DNA from: Candidatus Multivoradales bacterium
GTDB lineage: Bacteria; Acidobacteriota; Thermoanaerobaculia; Multivoradales; JAHEKO01
Reading direction: 5' to 3'
NCBI GenBank assembly: GCA_965224065.1
Contig: CBDCYF010000005.1
Location: forward strand, 3,691,087 to 3,755,086
Length of the DNA: 64,000 nucleotides
In this document: piece after piece, positions 7,945 through 15,695 of the stretch
Layout: each line of letters opens with the position of its first letter
Numbering within the stretch: the first letter of the stretch is position 1
Translations under genes and position numbers: made by a program
Notes under the pieces: model-generated
The model's input: only the letters and a program-made list of their open reading frames with translations
Told to the model about the DNA's origin: nothing
Database searches by the model: none

Positions 7945-9723
7945 TCAGAACGGCCAGAAGACCGGGATGAGCCACGTCGCGAGCAGCCAGAACACGATGG
8001 TCAGCGGTGTTCCGAACTTGACGTAGTCCAGAAAGCGGTAGTTGCCGGGGCCGTACACCATGGCGTTGGTCTGGTAGCCGACAGGGGTCATAAAGCTCGC
8101 CGACGCGCCGTAGGTGATCGCCATCAAAAAGGGCTTGGCGTCGATCCCCAGGTCGGTGGCGGCGCCGATGGCGATCGGCACCAGCAGCACGGCGGTGGCG
8201 TTGTTGGAGAAGATCGAGGTCAAGAGCGTCGTCACCAGATAGAGCAGCGAGAGCAGCGCCCAGGGTCCGTATTGGGTCCCGATCGGCTCGATCCACACGG
8301 CGATGAGATGAGCCAGCCCGGTGTTCTCCATCGCGATCCCCAGCGGCAAGATGGCCGCCAGCAGAAAAATCACCGTCCAGTCGATCGAGCGGTAGGCCTG
8401 TTGGATGGTGACGCCGCGTCCCACGAGGAGCGCCACCACGCCGAGAATCGACGCCTTGAGGATCGGCATGATGCCGAGGGCGGCCAGAAGCACCACCATC
8501 GGGATGACGACGACGCTCACCCACCACCGGGGCGCCAGCCGCAGCCGGACCTCGCGCTCGCCGAGCGCAGCGAAGTCGTCCAGGTCGTAGAGGTTCTCGA
8601 CCCGCGACTTGGGGCCAAAGACCAGCAGGATGTCCCACTGCTTGAGGGGGATCGAGGCCAGCTTGTCGCGGATCAGCTCGCCGGTGCGGTTGAGCGCCAG
8701 CACGAAGGCGCCGAACTGGCGGCGGAAATTGATGTCCTTGAGCGAGCTCCCTACCAACGTCGAGCTGGGCGAAAGCTGGACCTCGGCGAGAATCGTGTCT
8801 TTGTCCGACAGATCCGCGTCGCTGAGCTTGAGGTCGGTCAGCAGGAGGAGGCCCTGCTGTTCCTTGAAGGCCACGATGTCTTCGACCGCGCCGCGCACCA
8901 GCAGGATGTCGTCGGCCTCGATGGGCGTATTGCGGAGCTCGGCGGTGATCTTCTTGCGCCCGCGGATGATCTCGAGCACCGTCATCTGAAAGCGCTCGCT
9001 GATCTGCTCCTCGAGCACGGTGCGGCCGATGAGCCTCGAGTTGGGGGCGACGCGCAGCTCGGTCAGAAACCCGCTGAGGTGGTACTTGCGCGTCAGGCTC
9101 TCGGTGCGGTCGCCGGCCGAGAGAAAGCGCATCGGAACGACCAGGTTGTAGGCCAGGCCGACCACGAAGAAGATCCCGCCGAGAAACATGAACTCGAACA
9201 TCGAGAACTCGCCGATTCCCTGGCGGTCGGCCAGAGAGCTGACCAGCAAGTTGGTCGACGTGCCGAGCAGGGTGCAGGTACCCCCGATGATGGCGGTATA
9301 AGAGAGGGGTAGGAGGATCCTCGACGGGCTGGTCCGGTAGTGGCGGGAGAGGTGGATCGCCACCGGCATAAACACCGCTACGGCCGCGGTGTTGTTGAGA
9401 AACGCCGAGATCACCCCGGTCAGAACCAGGAGAAGAATCGCCGCGTTCCACTGCGAGGCCCCCGTCAGGTGCGAGATGCGGTAGGCCAGCCGGGTGACCA
9501 GACCGCTGTGGATCAGCCCCGCGCTGAGCACGAACATCATCAGCACGGTGATCACCGCCGGGTTGCTGAACCCGGAGATGGCCTCCTCCGGTGACACCAG
9601 GCCGAACAGCAGCAGCAGCCCGAGACAGGTCAGCGCCACCACGTCCATCGGCATCCACTCGAACGCGAAGGCCGCGACGGCGAAGACAATGATTCCGACG
9701 AGGAGGAGGATCTCTAGAGTCAT
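7945..9723 (-). CDS. SLC13/CitMHS-like permease with two TrkA-C domains
   Basis: SGFSNPAV, SAFLNNTA, GGTCTLLGTSTN, SNNATA, FMTPVGYQTN; ATG 9723. Confidence 0.9.
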   Translation of the reverse strand: MTLEILLLVGIIVFAVAAFAFEWMPMDVVALTCLGLLLLFGLVSPEEAISGFSNPAVITVLMMFVLSAGLIHSGLVTRLAYRISHLTGASQWNAAILLLVLTGVISAFLNNTAAVAVFMPVAIHLSRHYRTSPSRILLPLSYTAIIGGTCTLLGTSTNLLVSSLADRQGIGEFSMFEFMFLGGIFFVVGLAYNLVVPMRFLSAGDRTESLTRKYHLSGFLTELRVAPNSRLIGRTVLEEQISERFQMTVLEIIRGRKKITAELRNTPIEADDILLVRGAVEDIVAFKEQQGLLLLTDLKLSDADLSDKDTILAEVQLSPSSTLVGSSLKDINFRRQFGAFVLALNRTGELIRDKLASIPLKQWDILLVFGPKSRVENLYDLDDFAALGEREVRLRLAPRWWVSVVVIPMVVLLAALGIMPILKASILGVVALLVGRGVTIQQAYRSIDWTVIFLLAAILPLGIAMENTGLAHLIAVWIEPIGTQYGPWALLSLLYLVTTLLTSIFSNNATAVLLVPIAIGAATDLGIDAKPFLMAITYGASASFMTPVGYQTNAMVYGPGNYRFLDYVKFGTPLTIVFWLLATWLIPVFWPF

Positions 9724-9870
9724 TTTTGCGTGCTGCCGGCGGAGTCCGGCCTTCGTTTGCGGCGACCGGGGGAGAGTATCAAGTGGGATATAGTTCGGCT
9801 TCTGCCGGCGGGTCCGATCGCCTGATCGCGGCAAACCGCCGGCCCCCAAAAAACCTCGAGGAGTAAAGAG

Positions 9871-10770
9871 ATGTTGCGCGGATTTCGTCGAGCGGCGTGT
9901 GCGGCGCCGTTGTTGTTTCTGGCGGCGTGTGGTCAGGCGCCGTTGCCCGTGGGCAGCCTCGCCGCGACCCCGGCCGAGATCGAGCTGCCGGGCTCCGGTT
10001 TTACGACGGTCTCTCTTGCCTGGGAGATGGGCGAGCCCCTGGCGGGCGCCCAGGGCAAATTGCGGGTCTTTGTCCACCTCCTGGGAGCCGACGGCGAAGT
10101 GTTGCGGACCTTCGACCACGATTTCCCCGGCGAATGGCAAGTGGGCGAGGAGAAAGCGTACGACGTCGTTCTCTTCCAGTCGGCCCTGGGACCGGCCCTC
10201 GAGAACGGTAAATACGCATTGACCGCCGGGCTCTATGACGAGAATCGAAAACGCTGGCCGGTGAGAACCGGTGACGAGACCGCCGGCGAGGAGTCGCGGG
10301 TGGCGACCGTCACCGCGGCCGGGGCGGGACCGGGCTTCCCCGAGTTCTACTTCTCGGAGTCCTGGATGCCAATCGAGGGCGGTACCGACCGGCAGATTCT
10401 CGGTCGCCGTTGGTTGAGCGGCAACGGGGCCTTGCGTTTGGCGCGTATCCGACAACCCGGAACCATTTGGTTACGGATTGGCATCCCCTCCGGCGAGGGG
10501 GAAATGCAGGAGCTGGTGCTCCAGCCCGGCCACGACACGCCGACCGCCGAGATTGGCTCGGAATGCCTCCAAAGCCCGGTCCGGATTGCCGGCTCGGGGA
10601 GCCACACGGCGCGTCTCGAGATCGATCCGGGCGACCCGGCCGGCGAGGAGGAAGCAGAGACTGAGGGGGCCTGCGAGATCCGCTTCACCTCCAACTTCGA
10701 GCTCCTGTCCCGCGACAGCCGGGAGCGGCGCTCGATTGCCCTCGAGACGATCGCCTGGGCGGGACGCTAG
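9871..10770 (+). CDS. Hypothetical lipoprotein
   Basis: Lipobox LAAC; VFVHLLG..TFDH beta-rich domain. Confidence 0.65.
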   Translation: MLRGFRRAACAAPLLFLAACGQAPLPVGSLAATPAEIELPGSGFTTVSLAWEMGEPLAGAQGKLRVFVHLLGADGEVLRTFDHDFPGEWQVGEEKAYDVVLFQSALGPALENGKYALTAGLYDENRKRWPVRTGDETAGEESRVATVTAAGAGPGFPEFYFSESWMPIEGGTDRQILGRRWLSGNGALRLARIRQPGTIWLRIGIPSGEGEMQELVLQPGHDTPTAEIGSECLQSPVRIAGSGSHTARLEIDPGDPAGEEEAETEGACEIRFTSNFELLSRDSRERRSIALETIAWAGR

Positions 10771-10810
10771 CGAACCGTCCTGGGACGGCGGTCGATGGTA
10801 GATTGAGGAC

Positions 10811-11341
10811 GTGAGGAAGCTCTCCGCTCTCGTGGCGAACGCTGCGCTGCTCGCCATTCTCTGGACGGTTTTCGCCGCGCCGGTCCCGGCGCAGCCGGCC
10901 TCGCCGCTCCAGATCGCTTCGATCACCGTGACACCGGCGAAACCGGGTCCCGACACGCTGTGTCAGTTGAAGATCGAGCTCGCCAACTCGGGCGACAAGA
11001 TCGCCTCCCAGCTCGCCTTTGCCGTCCGGCTCAACGGCCAGAATCTCGGGGTCTACGGCAATCAGGTCTTTATGGTTCCGGTGCCGCCGAAGGGCAAGGA
11101 AACGGTCGAGCTTTTCAACTTCTGGACCACCGAGACTTCCCGTTCGATGCCGGCCGACGCCAAGATGAAGGTCGAGGTCGAGCTACTCGAAGCCGAGTGG
11201 ATGAGCATCACCACCGAGCGCGAAGGCGAAGGGGAAGGCGCCCGCGAGGTCGAGACCTGGCGTCCGCTCGGTGCCGTCGAAGCGCTGCCGGTCACCCGGT
11301 CGGTCACCCTCGAGATGACCCGGCCGGCCAAGCGGCAGTAG
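10811..11341 (+). CDS. Hypothetical secreted protein (Ig-like)
   Basis: Signal peptide ending VPA-Q; beta-strand pattern. Confidence 0.65.
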   Translation: MRKLSALVANAALLAILWTVFAAPVPAQPASPLQIASITVTPAKPGPDTLCQLKIELANSGDKIASQLAFAVRLNGQNLGVYGNQVFMVPVPPKGKETVELFNFWTTETSRSMPADAKMKVEVELLEAEWMSITTEREGEGEGAREVETWRPLGAVEALPVTRSVTLEMTRPAKRQ

Positions 11342-11387
11342 CCCACCAGACTCGTCGCCTCCGCTGTTCGGCGGTACGATCTCTGCG

Positions 11388-12077
11388 ATGAAGACACGGC
11401 CCGACGCGATCCTGCGTCCCGAGCAGGCCTGGTATCTGGACCGGATCCTGCCGCCCCGCGACGCGGTGCTGGCCGAGATGGAGAGCCGTGCCGGCGCCGG
11501 AGAAGTGGCGATCTCGGACCCCGAAGTGGGTCGCCTCCTGAGCATCCTGGCGCGGGCGACCAAGGCTCGCCGGATTCTGGAGGTCGGCACCGCGATCGGC
11601 TACGGCACGCTGTGTCTGGCTCGAGGAGCTCCAGAGGCCGAGGTGATCACGATCGACCGCGATCCGGAGCGGCTGGCCGAGGCGAGGGACTACCTGGCCA
11701 AGGCGGGGCTCGGCGAGAGAGTGAAATTTCTGGAAGGCGAGGCGCTCGAGATCCTCCCCGAGCTCTCCGGGCCCTTCGATCTCATCTACCTCGATGGGGA
11801 CAAATCGACCTACCGGCGCTGTCTCGACCTCGGTCTCCAGCTTTTGCCGGTGGGTGGGGTCGTGGCGATCGACAACCTGCTGTGGAAGGGTCACGTGGCG
11901 GACCCGCCTGAAGACGTGGATGCAGACGACGACGAGACGACCGAGACGATCGCCGCGTTCAACGGCTATCTGATGATCCACCCTCAGCTCGAGAGCCTGA
12001 TATTGCCGCTGGGCGACGGTCTGGGTGTCGCAACCAAGACAAGGCCCCTGGTGACCGACCTGGGAGGGCCGTTCTAA
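11388..12077 (+). CDS. Class I SAM-dependent O-methyltransferase
   Basis: ILEVGTAIGYGT, FDLIYLDGDK, DNLLWKG, LPLGDGL. Confidence 0.9.
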   Translation: MKTRPDAILRPEQAWYLDRILPPRDAVLAEMESRAGAGEVAISDPEVGRLLSILARATKARRILEVGTAIGYGTLCLARGAPEAEVITIDRDPERLAEARDYLAKAGLGERVKFLEGEALEILPELSGPFDLIYLDGDKSTYRRCLDLGLQLLPVGGVVAIDNLLWKGHVADPPEDVDADDDETTETIAAFNGYLMIHPQLESLILPLGDGLGVATKTRPLVTDLGGPF

Positions 12078-12124
12078 AAAAGGGACTGTCCCCGTTTCTC
12101 GATTCGGGGACGGTTCCCCTTTTT
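12076..12124. repeat. GGGACTGTCCCC-type palindromic repeat pair, possible terminator
   Basis: AAAAAAGGGACTGTCCCC ... GGGGACGGTTCCCCTTTTT; related copy at 24030-24048. Confidence 0.6.
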
Positions 12125-12210
12125 GGACAGGACGCAGAGCCCGCAGGTACGTATGACCTGTTGACGTTGCATAGCCTCCCGGCTATCCAGACGCTAAACT
12201 TCCCAGCTCG

Positions 12211-12720
12211 ATGCCGATCCGACCCCATTCGCTGTCCCCGCGCGCTCTGCCGGCGATTCTGCTCGCTGCCGCTCTGGTGGGCGCATGCGGCGGGGGCTCG
12301 ACGCCGACCGCCCCGGCGGGCGGCGGCGCCGACGTGGAGCTCGCCACCTTCAAGCTGCTCAACACCTCGCGCATGGAGAGCGCCGGCGCGGCCCCGCTTC
12401 GGTTCAACGACCTGCTGGCCGAAGTGGCTCGCGGCCACAGCCGGGCGATGCGCGACCGGGGGTTTTTCAGCCACACCGATCCATCGGGCGACGGTTTGCG
12501 CGAACGTCTTCGCCGGGCCGGAGTGCAGTTCTCGGCCGCCGCCGAGAATCTGGTGCAGATCAGCAACCGCACCGACCCCGCGACCACCGCGCATCTCGAG
12601 CTGATGGCGAGCCCGGGTCACCGCGCCAACATCCTGGACCGGCGGTTTACCGAGGTCGGCGTGGGAATCGCGCAGCAGGGCGACAGCTACTGGGTCACCC
12701 AGGTTTTTGTAAGCCCCTAG
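12211..12720 (+). CDS. CAP (SCP) domain lipoprotein
   Basis: Lipobox VGAC; ARGHSRAM..FFSH, AENL, MASPGHRANIL, VGVG. Confidence 0.9.
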   Translation: MPIRPHSLSPRALPAILLAAALVGACGGGSTPTAPAGGGADVELATFKLLNTSRMESAGAAPLRFNDLLAEVARGHSRAMRDRGFFSHTDPSGDGLRERLRRAGVQFSAAAENLVQISNRTDPATTAHLELMASPGHRANILDRRFTEVGVGIAQQGDSYWVTQVFVSP

Positions 12721-12900
12721 CCTGAACTTTTCACCAGCGTCCGGCCCGAAGGCCGGAAATGTCTGAATCTACTGCGTTGCGCTCCCGTCGGGCTCCTCGA
12801 CGTAGCTACGGCTACGCCTGCGTCGCCCTCAGTCGCAAGCCTTGTATCTCCAGGCATTTGCGCCCTTCTGACTCGAACGCCGGTGAGAAGTTCAGGCTAG
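12717..12900. mobile_element. MITE-like element, copy 1 (184 bp)
   Basis: 24-bp terminal inverted repeats CTAGCCTGAACTTTTCACCAGCGT / ACGCCGGTGAGAAGTTCAGGCTAG (2 mismatches); homolog at 35468. Confidence 0.75.
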
Positions 12901-12907
12901 GCGGTCT

Positions 12908-14020
12908 TCAGGCCGAGCCCTCGGTCAGACCGAGATCTTCGTAGATCGCCGCGGTCAGCGCGTCGATCCGTTCGAGATGCGCCTGCGGGTCGGGCAGCCC
13001 GTTCAGCAGAATCGCCACGACCAAGTGGTGCTCGGGATCGGCGAAGGCGACCGAGGAGCGGTCGCCGCTGTGGCCATAGGCGCGTGGCGAGGCGTGCGGA
13101 CCGTAGCCGTAGGGCGTCGAGGCAACGCCGTAGTGAGCCGAGTTGGGGATAAACCCGAGACCCCAGTCCATCACGTGACGAAACGTCCGATCCCGGAGCC
13201 CGACACGGTGCCGGGTGGTCATCGCCTCGACGGTTTGGCGGCCGACGAGCGGCGCGCCCCCGGCCAGCAGCCGCTCGTAGAAAAGACCGAGCTCGCGGAT
13301 CGGTCCGCAGCCGTTGCCCCCCGGATGCGGCTCGGTGAGCGCCTTCTCGCGGGCCGGCCGGAGCCGGCGAAAGCCGGCGTCTTCCCCCGCGGCCTGGTAG
13401 AGGGGCGCGATCCGGGCCCGGTACCGGCGAAAGACGTCGGGCGGCATCCCGATCCAAGATCCGGTCATGCCGGCCGGAATCAGGATCTCCTCGCGGATTG
13501 CCTGGGCGAACGGGCTGCCGGTCAGCCGGCTCACGACCTCGCCCAGCACAAACCAGCTCGAGGCCCGGTGATAGCCGGCGCGGCGTCCGGGAACCCACCG
13601 GGGCTCGGGCTTGGCGGCACAGATCCCGGCCAGGATTTCCTCCCAGCCTTTTTCCGGCCATCCGACATCCAGCATGCGGATGCCGCCGGTATGGGTCAGC
13701 AAGTGTCGCAGCGTGATCGCTTCCTTGCCGTGAGTGGCGAACTCCGGGATGTGCCGGACGACGGGGTCGTCCGGATCGAGCCTCCCGCGCTCCCACAGGC
13801 GTCCGATGGCCACCGCCACGATCGGCTTGGTCGAGGACTGCCATACCGTCAGGTGATCGGGGGTCATCTCCTCCCCGGGCCGCGCCTCGCCAAAGGCTCC
13901 ATCGGCCAGCACTTCACCGCTGCGAGAGACATAGACCTGCCCGCCGAGATGGAGCTCGCGGCGACGGCCGGATTCGAGGATCTCGGCGGTCCTGGGGAGG
14001 TTGTGAGAGAGCACGACCAA
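12908..14020 (-). CDS. Serine hydrolase, beta-lactamase-related family
   Basis: SSTK (SxxK), ITLRHLLTHTGG, GYH, YGHSG; exact start uncertain. Confidence 0.88.
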   Translation of the reverse strand: MVVLSHNLPRTAEILESGRRRELHLGGQVYVSRSGEVLADGAFGEARPGEEMTPDHLTVWQSSTKPIVAVAIGRLWERGRLDPDDPVVRHIPEFATHGKEAITLRHLLTHTGGIRMLDVGWPEKGWEEILAGICAAKPEPRWVPGRRAGYHRASSWFVLGEVVSRLTGSPFAQAIREEILIPAGMTGSWIGMPPDVFRRYRARIAPLYQAAGEDAGFRRLRPAREKALTEPHPGGNGCGPIRELGLFYERLLAGGAPLVGRQTVEAMTTRHRVGLRDRTFRHVMDWGLGFIPNSAHYGVASTPYGYGPHASPRAYGHSGDRSSVAFADPEHHLVVAILLNGLPDPQAHLERIDALTAAIYEDLGLTEGSA

Positions 14021-14082
14021 GCGGCGGGGCGGGTTGGGGCGGGAGTCTACAGCAGGCCTCGGACGCGTGGTAGATATTTGGC

Positions 14083-14904
14083 ATGAGCCGCGAGCCCTTT
14101 GTCGCCGCCGTCGTTCAGCTCACCTCGACCTCCGACGAGAAGGCGAACATCAAGGACGCCAGCGAGCTCATCCGCGAAGCCGCTTCGGCCGGAGCCCGCT
14201 TCATCGCCACCCCGGAGAACACCAACTATCTGGGTCCGCACCAAGAAAAAGTCCGGCGGGCCGAGGACCTGGACGGCGCCGTCTGCCGGCTCTTTGCCGA
14301 TCTGGCCCGAGAGACCGGCGCCTATCTGTTACTCGGATCCTTCAACGAGAGGAGTCCGGATCCCGCCCGCTGCTACAACACCTCCGTGCTGTTCGACCCC
14401 TCGGGCAAACACCTGGCGACCTACCGCAAGATCCATCTCTTCGACGTCGACGTCTCCGACGAGGTGAGGTTCACCGAGTCGGCGACCGTGATGCCGGGCG
14501 AGCAGCCGGTCGCCGTCCAAACACCGCTGGGAACCTTCGGGCTGACGATCTGCTACGACCTGCGGTTTCCCGAGCTCTACCGGCGCCTTCTCGAGATGGG
14601 GGCCGAGGCGCTGCTGGTGCCGTCGGCCTTTACCGCGACCACGGGAAAGGACCATTGGCTGCCGCTGCTGCGGGCCCGGGCGATCGAGAACCAGTGCTAT
14701 GTGCTGGCGCCTGCGCAGTGCGGCCACCACGACGACGAAGGTCTGCGCGAAAGCCACGGCCATTCACTGATCCTCGGGCCGTGGGGCGACGTTCTCGCCG
14801 TGGCGGCCGACGGCCCCGGGGTGGTCATGGCCGAGATCGACCCGGCTCGCATCGAGCGCGTGCGGAGCTCGATGCCGGTCCAGAGCCACCGGAAGCTGGG
14901 GTGA
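14083..14904 (+). CDS. Carbon-nitrogen hydrolase (Nit1-like deaminated glutathione amidase)
   Basis: TPEN, YRKIHLFD, ICYDLRFPE (E-K-C triad), RARAIENQ. Confidence 0.9.
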   Translation: MSREPFVAAVVQLTSTSDEKANIKDASELIREAASAGARFIATPENTNYLGPHQEKVRRAEDLDGAVCRLFADLARETGAYLLLGSFNERSPDPARCYNTSVLFDPSGKHLATYRKIHLFDVDVSDEVRFTESATVMPGEQPVAVQTPLGTFGLTICYDLRFPELYRRLLEMGAEALLVPSAFTATTGKDHWLPLLRARAIENQCYVLAPAQCGHHDDEGLRESHGHSLILGPWGDVLAVAADGPGVVMAEIDPARIERVRSSMPVQSHRKLG

Positions 14905-14921
14905 CGGGGTCGCTAGTTAGA

Positions 14922-14965
14922 ATATGACTAGATAGGTCTTAACGATATGACTATAATGGTCATAT
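14922..14965 (+). promoter_or_regulatory. TA operon promoter/operator
   Basis: Palindrome ATATGAC-TATAATG-GTCATAT (14945-14965) enclosing a perfect TATAAT; degenerate second site ATATGACTAGATAGGTCTTA over the -35. Confidence 0.75.
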
Positions 14966-15251
14966 GACGACGGTATCGATATCGGAGTTGAAGGCTCATC
15001 TCTCGCGCTATTTGCGGGAGGTTCGAAGAGGTGGAGAAGTTCAAGTGCTGGACCGAGGTGTGCCGGTAGCTCGGCTGAGTGGCCTGGAAGCGGCCGCTGG
15101 GGACGATGCAGCCCGGCGAAAACGATTGGTGAAGGCGGGCGTCGTCCGGCCGGGGAGCGGCGATGCTTCGAGCCTACTGGCGCGCCCGCTGGTCAAGCTG
15201 CCCGCGAGTCTGCTCGATGTCCTCGACGAAGAGAGGAAGGACAGGGTGTGA
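14964..15251 (+). CDS. Phd/YefM family antitoxin
   Basis: VSISELKAHLSRYLREVRRGGEVQVLDRGVPVARL. Confidence 0.9.
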   Translation: MTTVSISELKAHLSRYLREVRRGGEVQVLDRGVPVARLSGLEAAAGDDAARRKRLVKAGVVRPGSGDASSLLARPLVKLPASLLDVLDEERKDRV

Positions 15252-15673
15252 GGTACTGGGACACGTCCGCCATCGTGCCGCTCGTCGTCAGAGAAGCGAC
15301 GAGTCGCACCGCGCGGGGTTGGTTAGAAGAAGATCCAGCGGTCGTCACCTGGTGCTGGACTTCTGTTGAGCTCGTGAGCGCTGTCGAAAGGCGCTTCCGT
15401 GAGGATCTGATTTCCAGACAGCAGCGTCGAATTTGCTTGGACGCTTTTTCAGAATTGTCGGAGGCGTGGGACGAGGTGACCGACATGATGGCCGTCCGGG
15501 CCCGCTCGCGGTCTTTGCTCGCCCGCCACGCCCTGCGCGCTGCCGACGCCGCTCAGCTCGGTGCCGCGCTTCTGGTCGCCGAAAATGACGCGGCCGCACT
15601 CACGTTCATCTGCCTGGACGAAAGGCTGTCGATAGCTGCGGAACGCGAAGGTCTGCGTGTCTTGACGCAATAA
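15248..15673 (+). CDS. vapC: VapC-type PIN domain toxin
   Basis: YWDTSAIV, VEL, LRAADAAQL, CLDERL..AA..EG; GTGA overlap with antitoxin. Confidence 0.9.
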   Translation: MRYWDTSAIVPLVVREATSRTARGWLEEDPAVVTWCWTSVELVSAVERRFREDLISRQQRRICLDAFSELSEAWDEVTDMMAVRARSRSLLARHALRAADAAQLGAALLVAENDAAALTFICLDERLSIAAEREGLRVLTQ

Positions 15674-15695
15674 CCGGCACGATGTCCTCAAACCC

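Noticed and set aside
9724-10455. N-terminal extensions in the ORF track (SLC13, receptor from 25167, udk from 6450, ndh to 21893)
   Set aside because: They overlap other real genes; homology motifs and RBS or -10 signals point to later starts.
12908-14020. Antibiotic-resistance beta-lactamase
   Set aside because: No signal peptide; fits the broad esterase-like serine hydrolase family.
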